This document shows, piece after piece, positions 50,535 through 60,525 of a stretch of 64,000 bases of DNA. The notes beneath the pieces are model-generated. The model was not told where the DNA came from, did not search any database, and saw only the letters and a program-made list of their open reading frames with translations. Each line of letters opens with the position of its first letter. The stretch's first letter is position 1. The position numbers and the translations under genes are program-made. The stretch comes from an uncultured Klebsiella sp. (lineage in GTDB: Bacteria; Pseudomonadota; Gammaproteobacteria; Ga0077536), in contig CAZKRY010000015.1 of assembly GCA_964555355.1 (NCBI GenBank), forward strand, positions 52,455 to 116,454. The letters are read 5' to 3'.

Positions 50535-51593
50535 ATGTCTCTCGGTCCTTTGATGATCGATTTGGCGACGACCGAACTTCAACCGGAAGAACGGGAGCTA
50601 CTGCGACATCCCTTGGTCGGCGGGGTCATTTTGTTTTCGCGCAATTATGAATCCCGCGCGCAGTTAGTTTCGCTGACGCAGGCGATCCACGCGCTGCGTA
50701 GCCCTCGTTTGTTGATTGCGGTCGATCACGAAGGCGGCCGAGTACAACGATTTCGGCACGAGTTCTGTGCCTTGCCGACTGCGCATGCGCTGGGTCATTT
50801 GTTTGACGCCGAACCGGCGCGTGCGCTCCGTTATGCGACCGATCTCGGCTGGTTGATGGCGAGCGAACTGCGTGCGGTGGAGGTCGATTTCAGCTTTGCG
50901 CCGGTGCTTGATCTATATGCCGGCCACAGCCGTGTCATTAACGATCGCGCCTTTCACGCCGAGCCGAACGCCGTATCGCGATTAGCCCACGCCTATATGC
51001 GCGGCATGCATGCGGCAGGGATGGCCGCGGTCGGTAAGCATTTTCCGGGACACGGTTCGGTCGAAGCGGATTCGCACCACGAACTGCCAATCGATCGCCG
51101 CGATCTCGAGACGCTGCGCCGACGCGACCTTGCACCCTTTCGGCGTTTGGCGAGCGCCGGTATCGAAGGCTTCATGCCCGCGCATATGTTGTTTCCGGCG
51201 GTCGACAGCAACCCTGTCGGGTACTCCAAAATCTGGCTGCAGCGGATCTTGCGCGAAGAACTCGCGTTCACCGGCACCGTATTCAGCGATGATCTCGCGA
51301 TGGGTGGCGCGGCGATCGTCGATAGCTTTCTCGAACGCGCGGAGCTCGCCCTCGCCGCGGGTTGTGATATGTGTCTAGTGTGCAATGATCGGGCGGCTGC
51401 GGTGCAGATCATCGATCGACTGGTGTATGAGATCCCGCCAATCCTTCAAGTACGTTTAATGCGTATGCATGGCCGCAAGCCGGTAGGCGATGTGGCGTGG
51501 CTTGATCATCCGCGCCGCGCCGATGCCCTTGCGGCTCTGTCACATTTCGCCGATGCGCCGATGCTCGCGTTAGGCGACGATAACCCCGCGTAA
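50535..51593 (+). CDS. nagZ: beta-N-acetylhexosaminidase NagZ (GH3)
   Basis: GGVILFSRN, AVDHEGGRVQR, KHFPGHGSVEADSH, VFSDDL. Start moved to ATG 50535. Confidence 0.94.
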   Translation: MSLGPLMIDLATTELQPEERELLRHPLVGGVILFSRNYESRAQLVSLTQAIHALRSPRLLIAVDHEGGRVQRFRHEFCALPTAHALGHLFDAEPARALRYATDLGWLMASELRAVEVDFSFAPVLDLYAGHSRVINDRAFHAEPNAVSRLAHAYMRGMHAAGMAAVGKHFPGHGSVEADSHHELPIDRRDLETLRRRDLAPFRRLASAGIEGFMPAHMLFPAVDSNPVGYSKIWLQRILREELAFTGTVFSDDLAMGGAAIVDSFLERAELALAAGCDMCLVCNDRAAAVQIIDRLVYEIPPILQVRLMRMHGRKPVGDVAWLDHPRRADALAALSHFADAPMLALGDDNPA

Positions 51594-51611
51594 CTCACAT
51601 TAGGCCGCGCC

Positions 51612-52556
51612 ATGCTCGCTTTCGTTTTTTCAACGTGGTTTGGCCGCGCGGCTGTCGCATTCGTCATGCGTGTGAGTGCGGTGATCGCGTTCGGTGCGTT
51701 GCAGGTGGTCGTTGCGTTCGAATGCGCGCCGATGCGCGACACGGTACCGCCGGCGAACGTCAGTTATGCCGATAGCCTGCTCTGGGAAATCGAAGGTCCA
51801 GGGCGACGACGCGGATTCTTGTTCGGGACGATCCATCTTGCCGCAGATTCGGTCGGGCAGCCAACCAATCGAGTGAGCGCGGCGCTGATGGATAGCGAAC
51901 AATTCGGGATGGAGATGATGCTCGATCTGGAAGCCATGTTTGGGGTTAGTGGCGCGATGCAGCTGGAAGGCAAGCAACGCTTAAGTAAGCTGGTCGGCGC
52001 CGCGCTGTTCGATCGCGCGGTGGAACGGTTGAGCGCCTATGGCGTCACGCGTGAACAAGCGGACAGTCTGAAACCTTGGGCGGTATATACCACGTTGAGT
52101 TTGCCGGCTCGTCAGTTTTCTTTGCCATTGGATATGGTGCTAATGACCACCGCCCAGCAAGCCGATAAAAAAGCCTTCGGGCTCGAAACATTATCCGAGC
52201 AAACCGACGCTTTCGAGCAAATCTCGCTTAAAGATCAAACCGAGCTATTGCGCGACGTGGTCTGCCACTACGAACAGCTCCAACAAGATACCGAAGACTT
52301 GGTAGCGCACTACTCGCGTGGCGATCTGCGCGGGCTGTATCGGATTGCGCATCGCCACGACTCGCCACTCAACGATCGCTTGTTGGAGGGTTTGCTCATT
52401 AAACGCAATCGCCGCATGGTCGACCGCCTACATCGCCACTTGCAGGACGGGCGCGCCTTTGTCGCGATAGGCGCATTGCATCTGCCGGGTCCCGAGGGTG
52501 TATTGGCGTTGCTGGTTGCGCGAGGCTATCGGGTAAAGCCCTTGGCTGCGCACTAA
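51612..52556 (+). CDS. TraB/GumN family protein
   Basis: LLWEI, LFGTIH, GLETLSEQ, RNRRMV, FVAIGALHL.GPEGVLALL. Confidence 0.88.
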   Translation: MLAFVFSTWFGRAAVAFVMRVSAVIAFGALQVVVAFECAPMRDTVPPANVSYADSLLWEIEGPGRRRGFLFGTIHLAADSVGQPTNRVSAALMDSEQFGMEMMLDLEAMFGVSGAMQLEGKQRLSKLVGAALFDRAVERLSAYGVTREQADSLKPWAVYTTLSLPARQFSLPLDMVLMTTAQQADKKAFGLETLSEQTDAFEQISLKDQTELLRDVVCHYEQLQQDTEDLVAHYSRGDLRGLYRIAHRHDSPLNDRLLEGLLIKRNRRMVDRLHRHLQDGRAFVAIGALHLPGPEGVLALLVARGYRVKPLAAH

Positions 52557-52635
52557 GCCACGGTGACGATGTTGGATCCGCGCCGCTCGTGGCAAAATAC
52601 GTGCTCACCACGTGAGCGTTAGCGCAGCTGTCACG

Positions 52636-53466
52636 ATGACCACGGTCAATTTCACTAAAATGCATGGGCTCGGTAATGATTTCGTGCTGATCGACGCGCG
52701 TACCATGCCGTGCGCGCTCACGCCGACGCAGCTCGCGCATCTCGCGCACCGCCGGTATGGTGTGGGCTGCGATCAAATTCTACTTATCGAGCCAAGCGAT
52801 CTGCCGGGCGCCGCGGGGCGATACCGGATCTTCAATGCGGACGGCAGTAGCGCCGAACATTGCGGCAACGGCGTGCGTTGCGTAGCGAAGTTCCTGCGCG
52901 ACACGGGCACAGTGCGCGACGGCTTGTGCCGCATCGAAATCGATGGTCGCACTTACGCGTTAACCCTCTTGGACGGTGATCAAGTTCGCGTCGACATGGG
53001 GGTTCCATCGTTCACGCCGACTGACCTGCCGTTTACGGCGGTGGAGGCGCCAACTTACCGGCTCGAATTTCAGGGCGGTACTTACACCTTTGGCGCGGTC
53101 TCAGTCGGCAATCCCCACGCCGTCTTTGAAGTTGCGGATGTTGCGGCGGCACCGGTCGCCGAACTTGGCGGATGGCTGCAGGACCACCCGTGGTTTCCGC
53201 GCCGCGTGAACGTTGGTTTCATGCAAGTGTTATCGCCGGCGCAAATTCGATTGCGTGTATTCGAGCGCGGCGTGGGCGAGACGAACGCATGCGGCACGGG
53301 TGCCTGCGCGGCGGTGGCGGTCGGCGTGCGATGGGGGAAATTGGCGGCACACACCACCGTCGCACTCCCCGGCGGCGAACTCGTCATCGAGTGGGGTGGA
53401 GCACAAGAAACTTTGTATATGACAGGACCGGCGACGACCGTGTTCGAGGGCACCATAACTTTATGA
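52636..53466 (+). CDS. dapF: Diaminopimelate epimerase
   Basis: FTKMHGLGNDF, EHCGNGVRC, GNPH, ERGVGETNACGTG. Confidence 0.96.
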   Translation: MTTVNFTKMHGLGNDFVLIDARTMPCALTPTQLAHLAHRRYGVGCDQILLIEPSDLPGAAGRYRIFNADGSSAEHCGNGVRCVAKFLRDTGTVRDGLCRIEIDGRTYALTLLDGDQVRVDMGVPSFTPTDLPFTAVEAPTYRLEFQGGTYTFGAVSVGNPHAVFEVADVAAAPVAELGGWLQDHPWFPRRVNVGFMQVLSPAQIRLRVFERGVGETNACGTGACAAVAVGVRWGKLAAHTTVALPGGELVIEWGGAQETLYMTGPATTVFEGTITL

Positions 53467-54164
53467 CAGCGACGAGTGGCGACGGTGAGATAAGTAGCGC
53501 GCAGGTGCAAGATTATCTCGAACGACATCCTGAATTTTTTAACGAACATCCCGCGCTGCTGCGCACGCTCTTAATCCCGCACGAGAGCGGAGCGGCAGTG
53601 TCGCTATGGGAGCGTCAGCTAAGCGCGATGCGCGAAGAATACGAAGCCCTGCAAGGCCGCTTCGAGGAAATGCTGGCTTCCGCGCGCGAAAACGCCACGG
53701 TCATGAGTCACATTCATAAGCTCGCCTTACGGTTGCTCAATGCGGCGGGCCCGGTTGCGGTCATCGAACTCCTGACGCAAAGTCTCGCCAACGATTTGAA
53801 TGCCGATCGCGTGACGTTGGCGATTTTTGCCGACCCGAATTCGCTGGAAGACAATCTGGCGGCACAGTTTCGCGGCCGCGCCGCGCCGCAACGCGAACCG
53901 TTCGCCGATCTGCTTTTGGACAATGTCATTCTGTGCGGTCGTTTAACGCTTCTTCAGACCCAGGCGCTGTTCGGTGGCGAGGATTTTCGCGGCTCACATG
54001 TCGTGCTACCGCTTAAGGCTCGCGACTGGGATGGACTCCTTGCAATCAGCAGTCACAATCCGACGCGTTTCGAGGTAGGGTTAGGCACCGAATTTCTCGC
54101 GTTTCTGCGCGATATCGTCGCCGTGGTGCTCGCCCCATGGGTCAAGCCGGCCGCGCGTCAATGA
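53463..54164 (+). CDS. DUF484 (YigA-like) protein
   Basis: YLERHPEFF, GAAVSLWERQ, ARENAT; canonical position between dapF and xerC. Start moved to ATG 53463. Confidence 0.88.
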   Translation: MTATSGDGEISSAQVQDYLERHPEFFNEHPALLRTLLIPHESGAAVSLWERQLSAMREEYEALQGRFEEMLASARENATVMSHIHKLALRLLNAAGPVAVIELLTQSLANDLNADRVTLAIFADPNSLEDNLAAQFRGRAAPQREPFADLLLDNVILCGRLTLLQTQALFGGEDFRGSHVVLPLKARDWDGLLAISSHNPTRFEVGLGTEFLAFLRDIVAVVLAPWVKPAARQ

Positions 54165-55051
54165 TCGATGCCGCGGCATTGCTGCACGCGCCAACCCTAG
54201 CCGAGTTTTATACGAGCTTGAGCAGCGCGTCGCCGCACACCGTTGCCGCATATCGACGCGATCTCGAAAAATTTGCGCGTTTCGCCGCTGGCCGCATCCA
54301 GGAAACGGTCGACAGTCATTTTGTCCGCACTTATTTAGCAAGCCTGCATCGGGCGGGCGGCGCTGGACGCACGATCGCACGCGCGTTGTCCGCGCTGCGC
54401 CGGTATTGCGCATTTTTGCGTCTGCGTGGCGTGCAAGTCGGTGACCCGACCAGCGGCGTGCGGCCACCTAAAAGCGCTCAACGTTTACCGAAGGTATTGG
54501 ATGTCGATAAGACCAATCATCTGATGGCGCGTGCGCCGCATGACTGGCTCGAAGCGCGCGATCTCGCCATGTGGGAGCTCATGTATTCGAGTGGACTTCG
54601 AGTATCCGAGTTGGTCGGGCTCGATCTCGCCGCGCTTAATTTGGAGGCCGCGGAAGCGCGGATCCTTGGCAAGGGCCGCAAGGAGCGCATCGTTCCGATC
54701 GGTCGACACGCGCTACATGCGCTTGCCGCGTGGTATCGCGTTAGGCTTGAGCGCGCGCGCACGGATGCCGTGTTTGTGAATCGGCAGGGCGAGCGACTGA
54801 CCACGCGCCAAGTTCAATTGCGGCTAAAAAAATGGGCACAACTCCAGGGGCTAGAGACTGCCTTGCATCCCCACATGCTGCGGCATTCATTTGCGAGCCA
54901 TTTGCTCGAATCCTCCGGCGACTTGCGCGCCGTACAGGAATTATTGGGCCATAGCAATATCCGCACCACGCAAGTCTATACGCATCTCGACTTTCAGCAC
55001 CTGGCCAAGGTCTACGATGCGGCGCATCCGCGCGCGCGACGGCGAAGTTAG
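54161..55051 (+). CDS. xerC: Tyrosine recombinase XerC
   Basis: [34 protein letters not shown] (full catalytic set); dapF-yigA-xerC synteny. Confidence 0.94.
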   Translation: MIDAAALLHAPTLAEFYTSLSSASPHTVAAYRRDLEKFARFAAGRIQETVDSHFVRTYLASLHRAGGAGRTIARALSALRRYCAFLRLRGVQVGDPTSGVRPPKSAQRLPKVLDVDKTNHLMARAPHDWLEARDLAMWELMYSSGLRVSELVGLDLAALNLEAAEARILGKGRKERIVPIGRHALHALAAWYRVRLERARTDAVFVNRQGERLTTRQVQLRLKKWAQLQGLETALHPHMLRHSFASHLLESSGDLRAVQELLGHSNIRTTQVYTHLDFQHLAKVYDAAHPRARRRS

Positions 55052-55140
55052 GCACGCGCGCAACGCCGGGCTCTGCCGAGCGCGCGGCGGCGGCGATGAG
55101 TCATGTACAATTTAAAGCCGAAAATAGTTCTAGACTTTTT

Positions 55141-55680
55141 ATGCAAGCGATTCACGGTACTACGATCGTCTCTGTCCGCAGGCCTGGTCATGTCGTCATC
55201 GGTGGCGACGGTCAGGTGTCGATGGGTGACCAAATCTTAAAGGGCAATGCGCGTAAGGTTCGCCGGCTACATCACGATCGCGTGCTCGCCGGGTTTGCCG
55301 GCGGCACGGCGGATGCGTTCACGCTATTCGAGCGTTTTGAAGCCAAGCTCGATAAACACCAAGGGAATCTGGTGCGATCCGCCGTGGAACTCGCCAAAGA
55401 CTGGCGCACGGATCGCATGTTGCGACGCTTGGAGGCATTGCTCGCGGTGGCGGATGCCGAAAATTCGTTGATTATCTCCGGCACCGGCGATGTGATCGAA
55501 CCCGAGGACGCGGTCATGGCCATTGGCTCCGGTGGCTCGTTCGCCAAAGCGGCAGCGCGCGCACTAGTCGAGAATACCGAGCTTGATGCGGCATCCATCG
55601 TGCGTAAAGCGCTGATCATTGCGGGAGATATTTGCGTGTACACCAACGCCCATCACACGGTTGAAGAATTGAGATTTTAA
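55141..55680 (+). CDS. hslV: ATP-dependent protease subunit HslV
   Basis: [38 protein letters not shown]. Start moved to ATG 55141. Confidence 0.95.
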   Translation: MQAIHGTTIVSVRRPGHVVIGGDGQVSMGDQILKGNARKVRRLHHDRVLAGFAGGTADAFTLFERFEAKLDKHQGNLVRSAVELAKDWRTDRMLRRLEALLAVADAENSLIISGTGDVIEPEDAVMAIGSGGSFAKAAARALVENTELDAASIVRKALIIAGDICVYTNAHHTVEELRF

Positions 55681-55682
55681 CG

Positions 55683-57026
55683 ATGTCCGTGCCGCACTCG
55701 GGAATGGCGCTAACGCCGCATCAGATCGTCGAACAACTCGATAGGCATATCGTTGGCCAAGGTGCCGCCAAGCGCGCGGTCGCGATCGCGCTGCGCAATC
55801 GCTGGCGGCGCATGCGGGTGGCGCCTGAACTACGCAACGAAATCACGCCGAAGAATATTTTGATGATCGGACCGACTGGGGTCGGCAAAACCGAAATCGC
55901 GCGCCGTTTGGCGAAGCTTGCCGGCGCGCCCTTCATCAAAGTGGAAGCAACCAAATTCACCGAAGTCGGTTATGTCGGGCGAGATGTCGAATCAATCATT
56001 CGCGATTTGGTCGAAGTCTCGCTCAATATGACCCGCGCCGAAGCCACCGACGTGGTGCGCGGCAAGGCCGAAGACGCGGCCGAAGATCGCATTCTCGATG
56101 TCCTGCTGCCGCCGCCGCGTGCGTTCGGCGAAACCTCTGCGGACGATGAATCGAGCACCCGGCAACGCTTCCGAAAAATGCTGCGCGAAGGAAAATTGGA
56201 AGATAAGGAAATTGAAATCGAGGTTGCGCAGTCCGCGCTAGGCGTCGAAATCATGGCGCCGCCTGGCATGGAAGAAATGACCAGCCAACTGCAGAGCATG
56301 TTTCAAAATCTTGGGGCCAATCGCAAACGCTCTCGACGCTTGAAGATTGCGAGCGCGCGCAAGATGCTGATTGAGGAAGAAGCCGCCAAACTCGTCAATG
56401 ACGACGACATTCGAGCGCGCGCGGTCGACAACGTCGAACAGAACGGCATCGTGTTTCTCGACGAGATCGATAAAATTGCCCGCCGGTCCGAAGTTCAAGG
56501 CGCGGATGTGTCGCGCGAAGGTGTGCAGCGCGATCTCTTGCCATTGGTCGAAGGTAGCGCCGTATCAACCAAGTACGGCATCGTGCATACCGAACACATT
56601 TTGTTTATCGCTTCGGGCGCGTTTCATCTCGCCAAACCCTCAGATTTGATCCCGGAACTACAAGGGCGATTACCGAACCGGGTGGAGTTGACGCCGTTGG
56701 GGGTCGAAGACTTCGTGCGCATCTTGACCGAGCCAAGTGCGTCCTTGACCGAGCAGTATCAAGCGTTGCTCGCGACCGAAGGCACCAAACTCAGTTTCAG
56801 CGCGGATGGCGTGAAACGCATCGCGGAGATTGCACACCACGTGAACGAACGCAGCGAGAATATTGGCGCGCGCCGGTTGCACACCGTCATGGAGCGTCTG
56901 CTCGAGGCGTTGTCGTTTACCGCGCCGGAACGCGTGCAACAAGAAGTGACGATCGATGCGGCGTATGTCGATACGCATCTCGGCGCGTTGATCAAAGACG
57001 AAGACTACGCGAAATACATTCTGTAA
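55683..57026 (+). CDS. hslU: ATP-dependent protease ATPase subunit HslU
   Basis: [45 protein letters not shown]. Confidence 0.97.
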   Translation: MSVPHSGMALTPHQIVEQLDRHIVGQGAAKRAVAIALRNRWRRMRVAPELRNEITPKNILMIGPTGVGKTEIARRLAKLAGAPFIKVEATKFTEVGYVGRDVESIIRDLVEVSLNMTRAEATDVVRGKAEDAAEDRILDVLLPPPRAFGETSADDESSTRQRFRKMLREGKLEDKEIEIEVAQSALGVEIMAPPGMEEMTSQLQSMFQNLGANRKRSRRLKIASARKMLIEEEAAKLVNDDDIRARAVDNVEQNGIVFLDEIDKIARRSEVQGADVSREGVQRDLLPLVEGSAVSTKYGIVHTEHILFIASGAFHLAKPSDLIPELQGRLPNRVELTPLGVEDFVRILTEPSASLTEQYQALLATEGTKLSFSADGVKRIAEIAHHVNERSENIGARRLHTVMERLLEALSFTAPERVQQEVTIDAAYVDTHLGALIKDEDYAKYIL

Positions 57027-57046
57027 CCACGGCAGCGATCGCATTT

Positions 57047-57418
57047 ATGGCCCAACATCTTGCAACCGATCTCGTTTTGCACCAACAGTCGCGCTTGCTC
57101 GAAGTGAGTTTCGACGATGGGGAAACTTTCAAACTGCCATGCGAGTATCTGCGAGTGTATTCGCCGTCGGCCGAGGTGCGTGGGCATGGCCCCGGCCAGG
57201 GAACGTTGCCGCTCGGGAAGGAGCGGGTGAACATCAACGATATCGAACCCGTCGGTAACTACGCGGTGCGATTGGTGTTCGATGACGGGCACGATTCGGG
57301 ATTGTTTACCTGGGATTATCTGCATTTGCTCGGCCGCCAATTCGACCTTAAATGGCGCGAATATCTGGCGGCGCTCGGCGAGCAAGGTTATGTGCGTCAA
57401 CCTTCCGGACCCGTATGA
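57047..57418 (+). CDS. DUF971 / gamma-butyrobetaine hydroxylase N-terminal-like protein
   Basis: EYLRVYSPSAEVRGHG, VGNYAV, FDDGHDSGLFTWDYL. Confidence 0.88.
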   Translation: MAQHLATDLVLHQQSRLLEVSFDDGETFKLPCEYLRVYSPSAEVRGHGPGQGTLPLGKERVNINDIEPVGNYAVRLVFDDGHDSGLFTWDYLHLLGRQFDLKWREYLAALGEQGYVRQPSGPV

Positions 57419-58165
57419 ATGAGCGAGGATCGCACTCACTTCGGATTTGAAAGGGTCTCGCCGCGCGAGAAAACCGCGCGGGTGCGCCAAGTCTTCGAAT
57501 CCGTTGCCACGCGCTACGACTTAATGAACGACTTGATGTCCGGCGGCCTGCACCGTTGGTGGAAGCGGTTCGCACTGGCGGCCGCGGCGCCGCGCGCCGG
57601 TCAACGCGTATTGGACTTGGCGGGTGGCTCGGGCGATCTATCGCGCGGGCTCTCACGGGCCGTCGGCGCGCAAGGCGAAGTGGTGCTGGCTGACATTAAC
57701 CGCGCGATGCTTGAGGTTGGCCGTGATCGCCTAATTGACGCCGGGGTGGTGGGTAATCTCAAAATCGTCCAAGCCAATGGCGAAGCGCTGCCGTTTCCAG
57801 ACGGCTACTTCGATTTAGTGACGCTTGCCTTCGGCTTACGCAATATGACGCGCAAAGAAATCGCACTGAAAGAAGTGTATCGGGTACTGAAACCCGGCGG
57901 TCGACTAATCGTTCTTGAATTCTCCCATGTTACGCAGCCGTGGCTCGCGCGAGTCTACGACGTCTATAGCTTGGAAGTTCTGCCGCGGCTTGGGCGATGG
58001 GTGGCGCGGGACGAAGCGAGTTATCGTTATCTCGCCGAATCCATCCGCATGCATCCCGCGCAAGACGCGTTGGTGGAGCTGATGCAACAAGCCGGCTTTG
58101 AGCGGTGTCGTTATCAGAACTTATTGGCCGGCGTGGTCGCGTTACACAGCGGGACTCGGTTATGA
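57419..58165 (+). CDS. ubiE: Ubiquinone/menaquinone C-methyltransferase UbiE
   Basis: [41 protein letters not shown]. Confidence 0.96.
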   Translation: MSEDRTHFGFERVSPREKTARVRQVFESVATRYDLMNDLMSGGLHRWWKRFALAAAAPRAGQRVLDLAGGSGDLSRGLSRAVGAQGEVVLADINRAMLEVGRDRLIDAGVVGNLKIVQANGEALPFPDGYFDLVTLAFGLRNMTRKEIALKEVYRVLKPGGRLIVLEFSHVTQPWLARVYDVYSLEVLPRLGRWVARDEASYRYLAESIRMHPAQDALVELMQQAGFERCRYQNLLAGVVALHSGTRL

Positions 58166-58791
58166 ACATCACCGAATGGTTCGGTACCGAACCCATGCTC
58201 GCGCGCGCCAGCCGCGCGCTGATGCATTTATTGCGGACCGATTCCGTCGCGCTTGCGCATTTGCAAGCGCTCGATGGGCGCGTGATCGCGATCGAGGTCA
58301 AAGGACTCAACGTGACGTTGTACGCGGCCGTTGCCGGCGCGGAGTTATGGTTGGCGACCGCGAGTATGCAATCCCCGGATGTCACTTTAAGCGGACGCGT
58401 GAGCGATTTCTTGGCGTTTGCGCAGGCGCGCCGTCAAGCCCAGCCGGCCGCCACGGGTAAGTTGCGAATCATGGGTGACCTTGGTTCGGCGCAAGCGGTG
58501 CAGCGTTTGCTCGAGGAGCTCGAGATCGATTGGGAAGCCTTGCTCGCCGCGCGAGTCGGCGACGTTCCGGCTCAGCAATTCGGCCGAGGTGTACGCAGCC
58601 TAGTCAGTTGGTGGCGCGCCTCCGCGGCCGCGCTCACGGAAGACCTCACGCGCTTTGTGCAACAAGAACAACCGCTCACGCCGAGCGCCGAGCATGTCCG
58701 TCAATTCGCACACCAGACGACTGGACTCGCGAGTGACGTCGAGCGGCTCGCCGCGCGGATCGCGCAACTCGATAAGCGCGCGCGGCCATGA
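58162..58791 (+). CDS. ubiJ: Ubiquinone biosynthesis accessory factor UbiJ
   Basis: SCP2-like N-terminus, [20 protein letters not shown]; between ubiE and ubiB. Confidence 0.88.
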   Translation: MNITEWFGTEPMLARASRALMHLLRTDSVALAHLQALDGRVIAIEVKGLNVTLYAAVAGAELWLATASMQSPDVTLSGRVSDFLAFAQARRQAQPAATGKLRIMGDLGSAQAVQRLLEELEIDWEALLAARVGDVPAQQFGRGVRSLVSWWRASAAALTEDLTRFVQQEQPLTPSAEHVRQFAHQTTGLASDVERLAARIAQLDKRARP

Positions 58792-60470
58792 TCTCGACGA
58801 ACTTTACGCGAGTCATTCGGATCCTCGCGATTCAACGCGTGCTGATCCGTCACGGTTTCGATGAAATGCTGTTTGCGACACCGTGGCTGCGCAATTTGTC
58901 CTTCGTGCGCGCCCTGTTTCCGTGGAACTGGGTGCGCCACGATTATGCGCCGCGCGCGGCGCGGTTGCGGAGAGTCCTGGAAGATTTGGGCCCGGTGTTC
59001 GTCAAGTTTGGACAAGTATTATCGACCCGTCGCGATTTGTTGCCGGACGACATCGCCGAAGAATTCGCGAAACTCCAAGATCACGTTCCGCCGTTCCCAG
59101 GCCACATCGCGCGCGAAATCGTCGAACGTGCTTACGAAGTGCCGTTGGCATCGATGTTCGAGTTTTTCGATGAAACGCCGCTCGCCTCGGCCTCGATCGC
59201 GCAAGTGCATGTGGCGCGCATGGTGGGAGGGCGCGAGGTTATCGTGAAAGTCGTGCGGCCGAATATTCGGCGCACCATCGTCAATGACATCAGTCTGATG
59301 CGCGCGCTGGCGAGTTCGGCTGAACGATACTGGTCGCATGGCCGGCGCCTGAAACCCATGCGGGTAGTCGCCGAGATCGAAAAAACGATTCTCGATGAGC
59401 TCGATATGCTGCGCGAGGCGGCTAACGCGTCCCAGCTACGTCGTAATTTTATCGATTCACCGGTGATGTACGTGCCGGAGATTTATTGGTCGCACACGCG
59501 GCAAAACGTGCTCGTGATGGAACGGATAGACGGCATCCCCATTAGCAATGTCGATGCGTTGCGCGCGGCGGGTGTCGATCTGCACGTGCTCGCCACCACT
59601 GGGGTTGAGATTTTCTTTACGCAGGTATTTCGTGATCATTTTTTTCACGCCGATGTTCATCCCGGAAATCTGTTCGTGCGGCCCGGCGCGGCGGGTGAAC
59701 CCGCGATATTCGTGCCGGTGGATTTCGGGATCATGGGGAGCTTGAGCGAATTCGATCAGCGCTATCTGGTGGAGAATTTTTCGGCCTTTTTGGATCGCGA
59801 CTACCGGCGGGTGGCTGAACTGCATGTCGAATCCGGCTGGGTTCCGCGTGACACGCGGGTGGACGATTTCGAGTTTGCGATCCGTACCGTTTGTGAGCCT
59901 ATTTTCGATCGTCCGGTCAAGGAAATTTCAGTCGGACAATTGTTGGTGCGACTCTTTCAAACCGCGCAGCGTTTCCATATGGAAATCTTGCCGCAGTTGC
60001 TGTTGCTGCAAAAGACGTTAGTCAACGTCGAGGGGATCGGACGTCAGCTCGATCCGGAACTCGATCTATGGCGCACCGCGCGGCCCTCGCTGACCCGGTG
60101 GATGAAAGACCGCGTCGGCGTGAAAAAGATGTGGCGCGAAGCGCGCGATAGCCTGCCGCGCTGGGTAGAGCGCTTGCCGCAAATCCCGGCCATGGCGTTC
60201 GATGTGTTAGAGCAGTTGAAGGAAGGCCGCCTCGAAGTCAGCACGCGCGATCAGGCCCTGCAAGATATTCGGCGCGAAGTGAAGCAGGTGCACCGACGCT
60301 TAGTGCAAGCGGTGGTCGGCGTTGGCTTGTTGGCGCTCGCAGTGTTCGTGGGCGCGGGCGAGAATTCCATCGCCATTCATTGGGAGCGCCTGCCGTGGTA
60401 CGCGTGGCTTGCCGGTGCGCTTGGTGTAACCGCAATTGCGCTCGCGATGCGGGCGCCTCGCGAGCCGTAA
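58788..60470 (+). CDS. ubiB: Ubiquinone biosynthesis kinase-like protein UbiB
   Basis: LGPVFVKFGQVLSTR, ASASIAQVH, FFHADVHPGN, DFGIMG. Confidence 0.96.
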   Translation: MISTNFTRVIRILAIQRVLIRHGFDEMLFATPWLRNLSFVRALFPWNWVRHDYAPRAARLRRVLEDLGPVFVKFGQVLSTRRDLLPDDIAEEFAKLQDHVPPFPGHIAREIVERAYEVPLASMFEFFDETPLASASIAQVHVARMVGGREVIVKVVRPNIRRTIVNDISLMRALASSAERYWSHGRRLKPMRVVAEIEKTILDELDMLREAANASQLRRNFIDSPVMYVPEIYWSHTRQNVLVMERIDGIPISNVDALRAAGVDLHVLATTGVEIFFTQVFRDHFFHADVHPGNLFVRPGAAGEPAIFVPVDFGIMGSLSEFDQRYLVENFSAFLDRDYRRVAELHVESGWVPRDTRVDDFEFAIRTVCEPIFDRPVKEISVGQLLVRLFQTAQRFHMEILPQLLLLQKTLVNVEGIGRQLDPELDLWRTARPSLTRWMKDRVGVKKMWREARDSLPRWVERLPQIPAMAFDVLEQLKEGRLEVSTRDQALQDIRREVKQVHRRLVQAVVGVGLLALAVFVGAGENSIAIHWERLPWYAWLAGALGVTAIALAMRAPREP

Positions 60471-60489
60471 GCCACATATTACTGGCTGA

Positions 60490-60515
60490 TTGGGGTACGC
60501 GAAGCGCACCCCAAC
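60490..60515. repeat. Degenerate singlet of the 31059-31136 REP family
   Basis: TTGGGGT-N11-ACCCCAAC has the same arms and spacing as 31111-31136 but lacks the GTAG tag; between convergent ubiB and ctpA. Confidence 0.6.
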
Positions 60516-60525
60516 GATGTGCGTG

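Noticed and set aside
53172-53462. Long N-terminal extensions in the ORF track (DUF484, gpmI, rluD, bamD, SBP, second permease)
   Set aside because: They overlap neighbouring genes or promoters; homology-like sequence and RBS position support the downstream starts.
54161-55051. Tyrosine recombinase as a marker of a prophage or integrative element
   Set aside because: It has XerC features and the conserved dapF-DUF484-xerC context; no cargo or att sites nearby.
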